This document shows positions 19,293-29,209 of a stretch of DNA of 64,000 nt, in pieces (positions within the stretch are counted from its first letter, which is position 1; the number at the start of each line of letters is the position of its first letter). The notes beneath the pieces are model-generated. The model ran no database searches. It saw only the letters and a program-made list of their open reading frames with translations, and was not told the DNA's origin. Source of the stretch: a virus; the IMG/VR virus record IMGVR_UViG_3300043411_002995, positions 47,706 through 111,705 of that record, one strand, 5' to 3'. The translations under genes were made by a program, and so were the position numbers.

Positions 19293-19631
19293 TCACCTCT
19301 TGAACTTGGCGGCATCGTAGTCCCGGTGGAGCCGCTTCAGCTGGCCCTTGGCGGGGCGCTTGTTGAAGAGGTCGTTGAAGTTCGTGTAGGCGGCCTCGCT
19401 CGCCTGTGCGTGGCCCGTGTTCGGGTCGACGGCCGCGGCCAGGTAGCGCGGCTTGTCGCCACCGCGGAGCCCGCGCTTGTAGGCGCTCGAGCTCGCCATG
19501 CCCGTGGCCGCGACCGTGCCGGCCGCGGTGACCGCGATCAAGGGGTGCTTGACCGTGAACTTGCCCACGCCCTTCAGCACGCCGCCGACCTTGACGAGCT
19601 CGTCCGCGAAGCCGGTGAGGAACGCATCCAT
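19293..19631 (-). CDS. small basic putative internal protein with GFADELVKVG tag
   Basis: ATG 19631 coupled to the upstream stop; MDAFLTGFADELVKVGG. Confidence 0.75.
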   Translation of the reverse strand: MDAFLTGFADELVKVGGVLKGVGKFTVKHPLIAVTAAGTVAATGMASSSAYKRGLRGGDKPRYLAAAVDPNTGHAQASEAAYTNFNDLFNKRPAKGQLKRLHRDYDAAKFKR

Positions 19632-20566
19632 CACAGATCCCGGAGCTTCTGCTGGTTGATCGTGATCTCGTCGTCGATGCGCAGGATGTCGCGCAGGCCG
19701 TTCTTGATCTCGTCGGTCTTGCGCTGGATGGTGTCGAGCGACACGAGCACCGGGTGCGCGCCGTTGATGATGGTCGTGTTGCCGAGGTTCTCGCTGATCA
19801 GGTCGGCGGCGACCGGCGCGATCGCGAGCTTCACCAGCCGGGACCGCACGTCCCCGTGCGTGTCGGCGATGAGGCGGGCCTCGAACTTGGGGATGAGCTC
19901 GCCCGCGAGCTTGGCGTGCCCGGCGATCACCGAGGCGACCAGGACCTGGCGCATCGTGGCGCCACCGAGCACGGTCTGCTTGACCTGCTCGAACGCCCGC
20001 TTCTCGAGGGACTCGACCTCCATGCCCAGGCGCATGACCTGGTCGGCGAGCTGCTGGCGTGCGGCCGCCTGCTTCTGCAGGATGACGATCACTCGCTGGC
20101 GATCGCTGGGCCCCGCGAGCCCGTTGTGCACCGCGGCGGGGTCGACGCCCATCATCGAGGCCATCGATGGGCCGGGCTGCGGGATGCCGCGCGGCGGGCC
20201 GGCGTAGTCGGAGGTGGTGACAGGCAGCGTCTCCGGGTCGACCGATCCGTCGCCGGCCCCGCAGCCGCAGGCTGCGAGCACGACCTTCGAGTCGGCGAGG
20301 GGGAAGGCGATCTTCTCCTTCTGCGCGGTCTTCGACCAGAGCCCCTGGTGCGTGGCGATGTTCGCCATCTCGCAGACCCGGGCGATCTGGTTCGCGTTGA
20401 GCTCGTTCTCCTTCGCGAGCTTCGTGATCACGTCGTTGAGCTTGGAGCCCTCCTCGAGGTAGCGCTTCGCCGCGATCTTGGCGAACGACTCGAGCCGATC
20501 CGACGCCACCTTCGAGACCTGCGGCTTGCGGCCCTCGAGCAGGTATGAGAAATGCCCAACGTTCAT
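19631..20566 (-). CDS. helical putative head protein
   Basis: ATG 20566 with GAGG; first gene of the head operon; KVA/KLA/KQA sites. Confidence 0.7.
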   Translation of the reverse strand: MNVGHFSYLLEGRKPQVSKVASDRLESFAKIAAKRYLEEGSKLNDVITKLAKENELNANQIARVCEMANIATHQGLWSKTAQKEKIAFPLADSKVVLAACGCGAGDGSVDPETLPVTTSDYAGPPRGIPQPGPSMASMMGVDPAAVHNGLAGPSDRQRVIVILQKQAAARQQLADQVMRLGMEVESLEKRAFEQVKQTVLGGATMRQVLVASVIAGHAKLAGELIPKFEARLIADTHGDVRSRLVKLAIAPVAADLISENLGNTTIINGAHPVLVSLDTIQRKTDEIKNGLRDILRIDDEITINQQKLRDL

Positions 20567-20594
20567 CGAGGCCTCGCTTCTGGTGTTGACGTCG

Positions 20595-20623
20595 AGGGTA
20601 TAGGCTACGCCAGGTCGGGTCAA
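20595..20623 (-). promoter_or_regulatory. sigma70-type promoter TTGACC-N17-TACCCT
   Basis: -35 at 20618-20623, -10 at 20595-20600, heading the head-gene operon. Confidence 0.65.
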
Positions 20624-20654
20624 GGAAGCGGAAGTACACCGAAAGGACCGCCAG

Positions 20655-21329
20655 ATGAAGTTCTGTCCTCACTGCGGGGGCGACCTCTCGCAGTACAGCA
20701 TGGCCGGCGCGCCACACGCGCCGGCCACCACCGGCACCGTCTACAACCAGACCACGATGTGGAAGGCGCTCGTGGAGCGCGCTCGTGCGATCGAGGGCAC
20801 GCCGCCGCCGCTCGAGAACCTGGTGCTGCCCATCGTCTCTCAGATGACTGCGGCGTTCGCGGCGCGCCCGGACCGGGAACGAGACGCGCCGCTGAAGACG
20901 GTCGTGCACTTGGCCTTCGACCGCGACGTCGTGCCACGCGGCGGCGCGCTCCACTACATCACGATGACCGAGGGTCGGGGCGCGATGGACCTCGGCCGCC
21001 TGCAGGCGATGGGCTACGCCGTGCTGGACGGGAAGGTCCAGGTGGTCGACGACGTGCCCGTGGGGCCGGCCTACCAGCTGCTCAGCTACTGGGGCGGCGC
21101 TCGGCAGCACAAGCGCTGGCACCTCGAGGCGCCCTGCGAGATCAACCCGTCGCGGAACGGGGACCCGGCGTTCATGGACGCGAACATGATCGGATTCGTG
21201 GCGACGTGGAAGGACACGGAGCGGATGACGGAGGCGCTGATCGAGCTGCTCGAGATGTTCGCGCACGGGTTCGGCGAGCATCGCGTGACGATCGCCATGC
21301 CGCTGGTGCTCGAGCTGGCGGCGCGCTGA
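20655..21329 (+). CDS. hypothetical protein with N-terminal CPHC
   Basis: AAAGGA RBS, GC3 bias. Confidence 0.75.
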   Translation: MKFCPHCGGDLSQYSMAGAPHAPATTGTVYNQTTMWKALVERARAIEGTPPPLENLVLPIVSQMTAAFAARPDRERDAPLKTVVHLAFDRDVVPRGGALHYITMTEGRGAMDLGRLQAMGYAVLDGKVQVVDDVPVGPAYQLLSYWGGARQHKRWHLEAPCEINPSRNGDPAFMDANMIGFVATWKDTERMTEALIELLEMFAHGFGEHRVTIAMPLVLELAAR

Positions 21330-21351
21330 TCGGGATCACTCCTCCTTTGCG

Positions 21352-21370
21352 GGCATAAGAAAGGACAGAA
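21352..21370 (+). promoter_or_regulatory. phage-specific promoter candidate GGCATAAG-N8-GAA
   Basis: One of six copies located just upstream of plus-strand genes. Confidence 0.7.
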
Positions 21371-21381
21371 GGAGCCACACC

Positions 21382-21717
21382 ATGTCCATCGATCCCAAGT
21401 CGCAGTCCACCGTTTCCCCCATCACCCCGCCGACGAAGGTCGACGAGTCCCCCACCCGCGAGCAGCAGGCGTTGGACCTCCACAGCAAGCTGCTGTCCGC
21501 CAACCCCGGCTGCGATCTGGAGGTGACGCTCGGTGCCAAGTACGGCCCCGACGCGATCAACCTCGAGACGCGCAACCGGGGTGCGGACAAGTTCGCTGCG
21601 GGGGTCCTCGCCGGCATCGCGTTCGCGGGACTCGCCGGCCTCATCGGCGTGGCGGTGGCGAAGGCCGTGACGCCGCGCCCCCAGGTCAAGAGCCTCGGGG
21701 ACGACGACACCAAGTAG
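21382..21717 (+). CDS. small membrane protein
   Basis: AAGGAG RBS; C-terminal hydrophobic helix FAAGVLAGIAFAGLAGLIGVAVA. Confidence 0.75.
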   Translation: MSIDPKSQSTVSPITPPTKVDESPTREQQALDLHSKLLSANPGCDLEVTLGAKYGPDAINLETRNRGADKFAAGVLAGIAFAGLAGLIGVAVAKAVTPRPQVKSLGDDDTK

Positions 21718-21726
21718 CAACCTCAA

Positions 21727-21793
21727 CCACCACTCGTGAGAGTGTTTTCCGCCGCGCAAGCGGCGAAACACCCTCGCGGGTGGTTTCTTACCC
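21727..21793 (+). terminator. long GCAA-loop hairpin followed by TTTCTTACCC
   Basis: CCACTCGTGAG/CTCGCGGGTGG stem with G-U pairs, CGCCGC-GCAA-GCGGCG top. Confidence 0.7.
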
Positions 21794-21813
21794 ATGACCA
21801 GGATCGCTCCGCG

Positions 21814-21830
21814 GGCATAAGAAGAGGGAA
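21814..21830 (+). promoter_or_regulatory. phage-specific promoter candidate GGCATAAG-N6-GAA
   Basis: Exact motif upstream of ATG 21852. Confidence 0.75.
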
Positions 21831-21851
21831 CCCCCAACCAAAGGATTCCCC

Positions 21852-22274
21852 ATGCGCAACAAGCTCGTGGCGACGCTCGACATCGTGTTGAGCGCCCGCC
21901 TCATCCATGCAGAGATTGAACGCACCGTGGAGCAGGCCCACAAGGTCTGCGACCCCCACCTGGCGATCTCGTTCGCCAACGCCCGGCAGACCGTGTCGAA
22001 CCCCGTCGACATGGCCGTCGAGCTCGAGATGCTCGACGCCGCCATCGACCTCTCGAAGGAGAACCTGGCAGAGATCGAGGGCCTGAAGCGCTCGATCGCC
22101 AAGTCGCTCCAGGGCCACGAGGTCCTGGAAGCGCTCGGCAGCGCGCTCGTGTCGCAAGACATGATCGACGCCGTCGAGGAGAAGTTCCAGGTCACCGGGC
22201 TCAGGCTCGAGGAGATGGAGAAGCTGCGGGACCTCACCGTGTCCCGCGCCCGCGACCTCACCAGCCAGCTCTAG
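21852..22274 (+). CDS. hypothetical coiled-coil protein
   Basis: AAAGGA RBS, GC3 bias. Confidence 0.75.
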   Translation: MRNKLVATLDIVLSARLIHAEIERTVEQAHKVCDPHLAISFANARQTVSNPVDMAVELEMLDAAIDLSKENLAEIEGLKRSIAKSLQGHEVLEALGSALVSQDMIDAVEEKFQVTGLRLEEMEKLRDLTVSRARDLTSQL

Positions 22275-22302
22275 GGCTGGTGGGTGCGCGGGGCTTCTCT
22301 GC

Positions 22303-22312
22303 TCTCTTAGCC
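22303..22312 (+). terminator. conserved 3' element TCTCTTAGCC
   Basis: Follows an imperfect hairpin around the 22274 stop and a pyrimidine tract. Confidence 0.55.
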
Positions 22313-22331
22313 TTCGGGTACACTCGCCACC

Positions 22332-22829
22332 ATGACGCCGTTCCTCCAGGCCTTCACCGATGAGCTGGTCAAGCTCGGCGCGGACAACGACCTGGTCGAC
22401 GTCTTCCGGGAGGCCAAGAAGGAGACCCGGAGGCAGCCGGCGCGGGACAGCGCCCTGAGCGCGCTGCGCGGGAACGGCACCCCGGTCAGCCGCAACTACC
22501 TCGCGTCGATGTTGATCGGCGGGATCTCGGTGCCGGCGGTGGCGGTCATGAGCAAGCGGATCTCGCGGGCCCTGAACAACAAGACCGTGCAGCGTGAGCT
22601 CCGCGGCCTTGGGCCGATGGCGCACCCGAAGAAGGTCCGGGCGCTGCGCGACGAGTTGCACACCGGCCCGTCGTTCGGGCGCGCGCGCCCCGGCACGCCG
22701 TTGAACACCCGGCCGCTCATCACGCACGGCGAGGCCGCCGGTCTTGCGGCGAGCGGCGTCGCGACCGGTGGCCTGGTGCAGATGATCCGGGACTACTTCG
22801 CGGGCAGCGCGCCGACGACCCCGCGCTAG
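22332..22829 (+). CDS. putative internal head protein with AFTDELVKLG tag
   Basis: MTPFLQAFTDELVKLGA; TACACT 7 nt before the ATG (leaderless). Confidence 0.75.
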   Translation: MTPFLQAFTDELVKLGADNDLVDVFREAKKETRRQPARDSALSALRGNGTPVSRNYLASMLIGGISVPAVAVMSKRISRALNNKTVQRELRGLGPMAHPKKVRALRDELHTGPSFGRARPGTPLNTRPLITHGEAAGLAASGVATGGLVQMIRDYFAGSAPTTPR

Positions 22830-24601
22830 AAGCGGTTCGAGCTGATGTCGGCGGCGAGCTTGCAGTAGACCAGCGAGTGCAGCCCGTCGTCGGGCTGGTC
22901 GATCGGGTGGTCGTAGTTCATCGTGCGCGTGCGCTCGTTGTACTCGATGTACTCGGCGAGGATGTCCTTGCCGAAGGACTCGAACTCGGCCCACTCGGGG
23001 AGGATGAACTTCTTCTGCTTGAAGCCGAGGAAGGTGTCGGCGAGGACGGCGTTGCGGTTGATGATGAACTTGTGGGCCTCAGGGTCGTACTTCTTCCGCT
23101 CGCCGAGGCTGGTGGAGTAGGCGAACTGCATGACGCCGGTGCGGCCGCGGGCCTTGAAGAGGCGGCTGTTGACGCCCCAGCCGTGGCCCCAGTCGGCGCC
23201 GAGGACCTCGACACCCCAGTGGCCGCAGATGTTGAGCACGTCGGGGACGATGATCTCGGGATCGATGTCCTTGCCGGTGTAGCGCTTCCAGAGGAAGGGC
23301 CAGAAGAGCTCGTCGTTGACGTAGGCCCCGAGCGTGAGCACGGTCCACGACGCGAACTTCTTCCGCCCCTTCTCGGCCGAGCCCTCCTGGCGTCCTTCGC
23401 CCCAGTCGATCCCGCCGAAGATGCGGAGGCCGTGCATCTTCGAGTTCTTGGTGTGGATGATCTTGCGCGTCTCGCGCGTGGGGATCTGCTTGTCGGGGTA
23501 GCAGCACTTCTGCAGGTCCATCCGCGTCACGGGGGCGGACGCGGTGTCGTACGAGAAGCCGAGGATCTCGTTCTGGAACTTGTTCTCGGGCCACTTCTCG
23601 TAGGGGAGGACGATCTCCTTCCGCCAGGCGTTCTCCCCCTGCTTCCAGGGGACCATCAGCTGGGAGATGTGGTAGCCGACGTAGTACTCGCCGGGGCAGA
23701 AGGTGACCCACTGACCCTGGGAGGCGTCGAGGGCCTTGCCGCAGTTGGAGCAGATCAGGCCGGTCTTGCCGATGTTCCGCTCGTCGAGGAAGTTCCAGTA
23801 GCTCCCCGCCTCGCCGCTCTTGCAGTCGCAGGGGACGAGCCACTCGTTCTGCGTGGACCACTGCCAGTACTCCTCGAGGGTGTTGGAGTGGGTCAGCGGC
23901 GTGCCGGTGATCATCTCCGAGCCCTGGACGCCGGCGGAAAGCAACGAGGCCGACAGCGACTGGCTGATGACCTTGATGTTGTCCTTGAGCAAGTCCTGGG
24001 CTTCGTCGAAGAACACGCGCGACGCCGGGATGCCGCGGGCGCGGGCGGCGGTCAGGTACGCCGCGCGCAAGAAGATGTACGACCCGTTCATCAGGGTCTT
24101 CTCGAAGACCTGATCGATGACGCCCTTGCCGAGGTACAGGTTCTTCAGGAAGGGCGAGTCGTAGAGGGTCGGCCGCAGCTTCTCGTTCGAGTACTGCCGG
24201 GTCTGTTGGTGCGACGGCGAGACGTAGAGCGTGCGCCAGTGGGGGTGGAGCACGGCCTCGAGGATCTGGAGGCAGCAGACCGTCGTCGACTTCGCGACCT
24301 GGCGCGAGGTCTTCATGACCAGCTGGCTGTCCTGGTCGTTGTAGATCGGGATCAGGAAGGCGTGGTTGTCGAGCCGGAGCGGCTTGCCGAGGTGGTAGAG
24401 GATCGCCTGGGCGATGTCGGATCGGCGCCCGTGGAACGTGGGGATGCCGCCCTCGGACTTCGCGGCGAACTCCTTCAGCTGCGGCGCCCACTTGTAGGCC
24501 GCGTTCCAGTTGATGTCCCGGATCATCGCCGGGCGCGCTTCCCCCTTGCCCTCGAAGTCGAAGGGGTCGTCCTCGAGGACGCCATCGGCTTCGTCCAGCA
24601 C
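22826..24601 (-). CDS. terL: terminase large subunit
   Basis: GTG 24601 with AAGGAG; KTSRQVAKST (Walker A), VFFDEAQD (Walker B), ITGTP, FGGIDWG and PDDGLH nuclease motifs. Confidence 0.9.
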   Translation of the reverse strand: MLDEADGVLEDDPFDFEGKGEARPAMIRDINWNAAYKWAPQLKEFAAKSEGGIPTFHGRRSDIAQAILYHLGKPLRLDNHAFLIPIYNDQDSQLVMKTSRQVAKSTTVCCLQILEAVLHPHWRTLYVSPSHQQTRQYSNEKLRPTLYDSPFLKNLYLGKGVIDQVFEKTLMNGSYIFLRAAYLTAARARGIPASRVFFDEAQDLLKDNIKVISQSLSASLLSAGVQGSEMITGTPLTHSNTLEEYWQWSTQNEWLVPCDCKSGEAGSYWNFLDERNIGKTGLICSNCGKALDASQGQWVTFCPGEYYVGYHISQLMVPWKQGENAWRKEIVLPYEKWPENKFQNEILGFSYDTASAPVTRMDLQKCCYPDKQIPTRETRKIIHTKNSKMHGLRIFGGIDWGEGRQEGSAEKGRKKFASWTVLTLGAYVNDELFWPFLWKRYTGKDIDPEIIVPDVLNICGHWGVEVLGADWGHGWGVNSRLFKARGRTGVMQFAYSTSLGERKKYDPEAHKFIINRNAVLADTFLGFKQKKFILPEWAEFESFGKDILAEYIEYNERTRTMNYDHPIDQPDDGLHSLVYCKLAADISSNRF

Positions 24602-25497
24602 TAGGACTCCTTCTTGTCGGCGGTCTTCTTCGTGGGAACCGCGACCTGGCCGGCCAGCTGCGCCAGGGAGATGTGGGAGGACTTCTCGGGCTTCACCGAG
24701 AAGAGCCCCTGGAAGTCGGCGGTGCTGGGGGTGCCGTCGCTCTTCGGCACGCCGAGCCCGGCGGTCTTCTTGACGCTGAGCGCGCGCAGGGTGAGCTCGG
24801 CCCACCGCATGGCGCCAGCGAGCTCGGGTTGGGGGGTGTCCATCGCCAGCTTGAACTGCTGGTACGTCTTGTTGATGATCGTGTTGACGATCTGCTCGTC
24901 GCTGTGGACCGACGCGACGCCGAGCATGTCCCGCACCTCCTCCGCGGTGGGCGAGGCGACGCCGAAGGCGACGTAGCTGCGCTCCTCCTGGGAGATGAGC
25001 TTCTTGTAGAAGTCGTCCCAGGCCTTGCGGCTGAGCAGCTTGACGTCCCAGTAGATGTGCCGGTAGGTGCTCAGGGCGTCGTTGCTGAGCTCGATCCCGT
25101 AGTGCTCGAAGAGGAGCTTCTGGATCTCGCCGGCGCTGGCGCGCGAGAGCAGCAGGCAGCCCAGGATGGCGCGCGTGTGGACGTTCGTGAAGAGCCGGAA
25201 GGCCAGGTCGGCGTGGGGCGGCGCGGCCGCGCGGCCGAACTCGCGCTGCATCCGCCAGAGGTCACCGACGCCCTCGGCGTCGGCCCAGGCGAGCACTCCC
25301 TCCAGGTCGGTGATCTCGGTGTCGGTGCCGTCGATGAACGCGCCGACCGACGTCGGCGCGGTGTCGCGGAGGTGCTGGCGGCAGTCGGCGAGCCACAGGT
25401 CGCCGACGCGCGGCAGCTCGTAGCGCTCAAGCGTCGAGTTGATCTCGATCTTGCGCGAGACGAGGAACCGGAGGAATCGCTCGTAGGGGTACCTCAC
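24601..25497 (-). CDS. hypothetical protein, possible terminase small subunit
   Basis: Coupled directly upstream of terL; helical; function from position only. Confidence 0.55.
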   Translation of the reverse strand: MRYPYERFLRFLVSRKIEINSTLERYELPRVGDLWLADCRQHLRDTAPTSVGAFIDGTDTEITDLEGVLAWADAEGVGDLWRMQREFGRAAAPPHADLAFRLFTNVHTRAILGCLLLSRASAGEIQKLLFEHYGIELSNDALSTYRHIYWDVKLLSRKAWDDFYKKLISQEERSYVAFGVASPTAEEVRDMLGVASVHSDEQIVNTIINKTYQQFKLAMDTPQPELAGAMRWAELTLRALSVKKTAGLGVPKSDGTPSTADFQGLFSVKPEKSSHISLAQLAGQVAVPTKKTADKKES

Positions 25498-25503
25498 GCG
25501 AGC

Positions 25504-27684
25504 TCATCGAGCCATCCCGATGGGCTGGCCGTCTCGCAGGAGGCGGCCCCCCACGTGTCGGGGCGCCACCGCGGCCGCGGTCTTGGTCTTCTGTTCCTCG
25601 AGCATCCTCAGGCGGCTGAGGCCATCGATGACGCGCTGCAGGTGCCCGAGCGCCGAGCGCACCGCCTCTTCCGGGATGTCGTCCATCCCGAGCCGGCTCG
25701 CCAGCAGCAGGTTCGCCAGCATGTGGCTGGTCTCCCAGAGCAGCGGCTTGACCGAGGCGAAGCGGGCGATGTTCTCCTCGTTGACGAACCCCAGGGACAG
25801 GACCGAGTCAACGGTCTGCGCGTCCTCGAGGTTGGCGGCGATCTTGAGCAGCTCGCTGAATGGCGCACGCATGCTGGCCACGACCATCTGGCGCATGGGG
25901 CTGGCGACCTTCTCGGCCCGGCCCGGCAGATCCCGCGTCCGCAGGTGGTGGAGCTGCAGCTCGAGGCGATCGCGGACGCCATCGAGCACCTGCGCGCGCT
26001 TCTCCCCGGGCAGGCCCCAGGTGGCGAGCAGGAAGTCGGCCTCGTGCCGCGGCAGCGAGGCGAAGTCGAAGGCCGCCTTGACCATCTTGGCGTTGCCGCG
26101 GATGGGCGTCTGGCGGCACGCCGCGTACTTCTCGAGGCGGCCACCCCGGAAGATGTAGCGCCCGTTGGCGGCCGCCACCTTCACCGGCTGGGTGTCGAGC
26201 CACGAGGCGGTGATCCGCTTGAAGTCGTCGGGCGCCTCCGACACCGGGCACAGCCGCGGCATGCGGATGAACGACATCTTGGCCGAGACGATGTAGTTCG
26301 CCTTCGGGCCCAGCAGCGGTCGCATCTCCGGCGACTTGTTGGTGTCGGAGAGCCGGACGATCCCGTCGACCGTCGGCGAGATGATCAGGTTGATGATGTT
26401 GCCCTTGTAGTCGACCGCCGCGATCGCGCGGAGGTTCTTGTAGACCGTCACCCCGGTGACCTGGAAGGGCACGGTCGCGAGGACGTCCTTCCCGTCGCGG
26501 TAGACCAGGGTGCCCATCTTGCCCGGCTCGGGCCGGTCGGCCTGCAGGCTGGTGTCGGGGTCGTCGGGCAGCGGGATGCCGGCGAAGCGCGACTGGATGG
26601 AGGCCAGGGCCTTGCCGAGGAAGAGCTTGGTGTCGGCCTTCCCGCCCTCGAACGTGACCACGTTGGGGATGACCCAACCCTTGGCCATGACGCCGTCCCG
26701 ATCGCGCACGCCGTAGCGGCCGTACTCGTCGATCTGCTTGACGGTGCGGTCGTCGCTGCGCGGGTCGAAGACGAACGGGTTCTTGTGCACGCCCAGCTCG
26801 CCGGGCGGTCCCTCCATGTCCTTGCCGTAGACGGTCGCCGGCGGGTCGAGGGTGAAGTGGCCGACCTGGTCGGCGACGGTCAGTGGGTCCTTCTCGTAGT
26901 TCTGGAGCTCGGCCTTCCGCAGCTCGAGGAGCGAGCGGATGCCCTGCCGGTTGGTCGTGATGATGACCGGGTCGAAGACCTCGTCCGAGGAGGTGTAGAG
27001 CCGGTAGACGTCGGGGCCGTCCTTCTTGACGGTGAAGACCGCCTGCGCGCGCTCCTTGTTGAGCTCGTCCTGCTCGGTCACCGCCGGCGTCTCCGCCGCG
27101 TACTTCTTCAGGACGTCGAAGGTCTTGCGGCGGTAGAAGCCACCGAGCAGCGTCGGCTGCTCCGCCACGGCCTGCTTGAACAGGCGGAGGTCGTCGGCGC
27201 CCAGGGTGCCGCCGAGGAGGTCCACCATCGACAGCGGCGCGGAGTAGGAGTACTTGCCGCCCAGGGGCGGGTTGCGGCTGTCGGCGAAGGTGTCGTCCGC
27301 CATGCTCGGCGGCGGCGTCGCCGATGCCACGCCCGCGCCCAGGCTGTTCTGGTAGAAGATCTTCGCCAGGTTGTCGTCCGTGAGCGGGTAGAGCTTCCCG
27401 CTCTCGAAGAACAGGTCGAGCGGCGCCATGTGCCACGACTTGATGATGATCGGGACGCCGATCGACGACCCGTCGTTGCCCGCCTTGGCGATCGCCGTGC
27501 CGTAGCCGTAGCCCTTCTCGTCGTCGAGGTCCTGGAAGACGACCGTGACGGTGACGCCCAGGTCCTTCGGGAGCTTCTCCGCGACCATCGCGGAGATCTC
27601 CTGCTGCCACTCGCGGACGTTGTCCGAGAGCTTCTTGTACTGGGTCCGGCGGAACATCGGATCGTCGGAGAACAGGTTGTCCAT
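25504..27684 (-). CDS. large virion/head-associated protein of unknown function
   Basis: 726 aa, strong GC3; KAA, KVA, FSELLKIA, KTAA in the C-terminal part. Confidence 0.7.
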   Translation of the reverse strand: MDNLFSDDPMFRRTQYKKLSDNVREWQQEISAMVAEKLPKDLGVTVTVVFQDLDDEKGYGYGTAIAKAGNDGSSIGVPIIIKSWHMAPLDLFFESGKLYPLTDDNLAKIFYQNSLGAGVASATPPPSMADDTFADSRNPPLGGKYSYSAPLSMVDLLGGTLGADDLRLFKQAVAEQPTLLGGFYRRKTFDVLKKYAAETPAVTEQDELNKERAQAVFTVKKDGPDVYRLYTSSDEVFDPVIITTNRQGIRSLLELRKAELQNYEKDPLTVADQVGHFTLDPPATVYGKDMEGPPGELGVHKNPFVFDPRSDDRTVKQIDEYGRYGVRDRDGVMAKGWVIPNVVTFEGGKADTKLFLGKALASIQSRFAGIPLPDDPDTSLQADRPEPGKMGTLVYRDGKDVLATVPFQVTGVTVYKNLRAIAAVDYKGNIINLIISPTVDGIVRLSDTNKSPEMRPLLGPKANYIVSAKMSFIRMPRLCPVSEAPDDFKRITASWLDTQPVKVAAANGRYIFRGGRLEKYAACRQTPIRGNAKMVKAAFDFASLPRHEADFLLATWGLPGEKRAQVLDGVRDRLELQLHHLRTRDLPGRAEKVASPMRQMVVASMRAPFSELLKIAANLEDAQTVDSVLSLGFVNEENIARFASVKPLLWETSHMLANLLLASRLGMDDIPEEAVRSALGHLQRVIDGLSRLRMLEEQKTKTAAAVAPRHVGGRLLRDGQPIGMAR

Positions 27685-27694
27685 GAGAGGGCTC

Positions 27695-28144
27695 CTAGAG
27701 CAGGGGGGCGATGACGCCCGGCGGCACCGTCACCTTGACGGCCCCCAAGGTCAGGCGGCTGATGAGCAGGGCCACGCCGTTGGCTTGCTGCTCCGGGGTG
27801 GCGTTGGCAGGCTGCGGGCTGTTGAGGTTGGTGGTGGTGGGGATGAAGGCCGTCACGACGCCGGCCTGGGCGGGGATGGTCATCCCCATCCAGTAGAGCT
27901 GCAGCGCGCTCATGAAGAGCACCGGGCCGCTGCCGGCGAGCTCGGGGGCGAAGGCCCGCTCGAGCGAGTTCGCCAGCGAGGACCTCCGGGACTGCGCCTC
28001 GGGGATGCCGCCGGCGACGAGGTAGCCGGCGTAGGCCTTGGCCCAGTCGACGGCCGCCTTGCGCGTCGAGGTCGGCGCGGTCGCGGCTCGGAAGAGCGGG
28101 ACCAGGCCGGCGGTCAGGACCGGGGTGACGACGGCGACAGGCAT
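27695..28144 (-). CDS. small protein downstream of spike gene
   Basis: ATG 28144, 4 nt after the upstream stop. Confidence 0.6.
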   Translation of the reverse strand: MPVAVVTPVLTAGLVPLFRAATAPTSTRKAAVDWAKAYAGYLVAGGIPEAQSRRSSLANSLERAFAPELAGSGPVLFMSALQLYWMGMTIPAQAGVVTAFIPTTTNLNSPQPANATPEQQANGVALLISRLTLGAVKVTVPPGVIAPLL

Positions 28145-28148
28145 GGGG

Positions 28149-29138
28149 CTAGAGGTCCGCGGGATCTTTCGAGAAGAAGGCGAAGGTCGACAGGATCTTA
28201 TCAGAAAGCTCGGAGCGCAGTTTCTCGAGATCGATGGGCGTCGGTGGCAGCGGCGGCGTGGACGGCCCCCACGCCGTGTTGACCTTGAGCGCCTTGATGA
28301 TGTCGAACAGCCGCCCGAAGACCTCGACGAGCGCCAGCCCGAGCACGGCCGGCTCGTTGGCGCCCGCGCCGCCCCACTGGTACTTCGGCCCGGATCCGAC
28401 CCACTCGCCATCGCGGTTGTAGGTCTCGCGGGTCTTCACCGTGACGGTCTCAGCTCCGGCCACGGTCGCCACCGCAGCGAGCTCGAGCTCACGCCGGACG
28501 CCGTCCTCGAGGGCGCCGTGGCGCACGGTGAACCGGTCGGCGCTCGGGCCCACCTGGTGGAGGAACGTCTCGTCGTGCACGGTCGCCGGGTCGGTCTTGC
28601 CGACGACCTTGCGTCCCCGCGCGGCGCTGTAGCCGTCGGCGATGTGACCGAAGTTCGTCGCGCGGAGGGTCATCGTGTTGTTCAAGGGGTTGAGGATCAC
28701 CCCCGTGCCTGCGCCGCCTTCGATGATCACCGCCCCCCCGCGCTTCAGGATCAGCGTGGCCTCGCCCGCTGTGCGGTAGACCTTGTCGCCGGCCGACTGG
28801 TTGTCGTCGGGGTTGCCGACCGAGGGAGGATCGTCGGTCTCCTCGTCGACCGTGGGCAGGCGCAGGAAGCCGATGATGCAGCACTGGGCGCCGTTGGTCG
28901 TCATGACGGCGATGCAGTAGGAGCCCGGCCGGGGCCGGGTGTTCTCGCCACCGCCGTCCGTGTCCACATCGGGGCTGAGGATGTGAGCGTCGTTGACGAC
29001 GAACCCATCGCTCGAGGAGAACCGGTAGGTGCCGGGGTGGTTCGGGTGTTCCTCGCCCAGCCGCCCGAACAGGATGGCGCCGGCGGGGACTCCTCGTCCT
29101 GCCCAGAACTTGTCGTTCACGAGGCCATCGTACAGCAA
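28149..29138 (-). CDS. baseplate central spike/hub protein (gp5/gpV-like)
   Basis: TTG 29138 with GAGGAG; N-terminal OB-like part (PRPGSYCIA...IIGF), beta-strand repeats, C-terminal EPAVLG...TAWGPSTPP. Confidence 0.6.
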   Translation of the reverse strand: MLYDGLVNDKFWAGRGVPAGAILFGRLGEEHPNHPGTYRFSSSDGFVVNDAHILSPDVDTDGGGENTRPRPGSYCIAVMTTNGAQCCIIGFLRLPTVDEETDDPPSVGNPDDNQSAGDKVYRTAGEATLILKRGGAVIIEGGAGTGVILNPLNNTMTLRATNFGHIADGYSAARGRKVVGKTDPATVHDETFLHQVGPSADRFTVRHGALEDGVRRELELAAVATVAGAETVTVKTRETYNRDGEWVGSGPKYQWGGAGANEPAVLGLALVEVFGRLFDIIKALKVNTAWGPSTPPLPPTPIDLEKLRSELSDKILSTFAFFSKDPADL

Positions 29139-29157
29139 AGAGGACTCCTCCCCCCCT

Positions 29158-29174
29158 GGCATAAGGAACACGAA
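29158..29174 (+). promoter_or_regulatory. phage-specific promoter candidate GGCATAAG-N6-GAA
   Basis: Exact motif upstream of ssb. Confidence 0.75.
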
Positions 29175-29209
29175 GCAGCATCCAATCTGCTGAGAACAAG
29201 GAGCCAACC

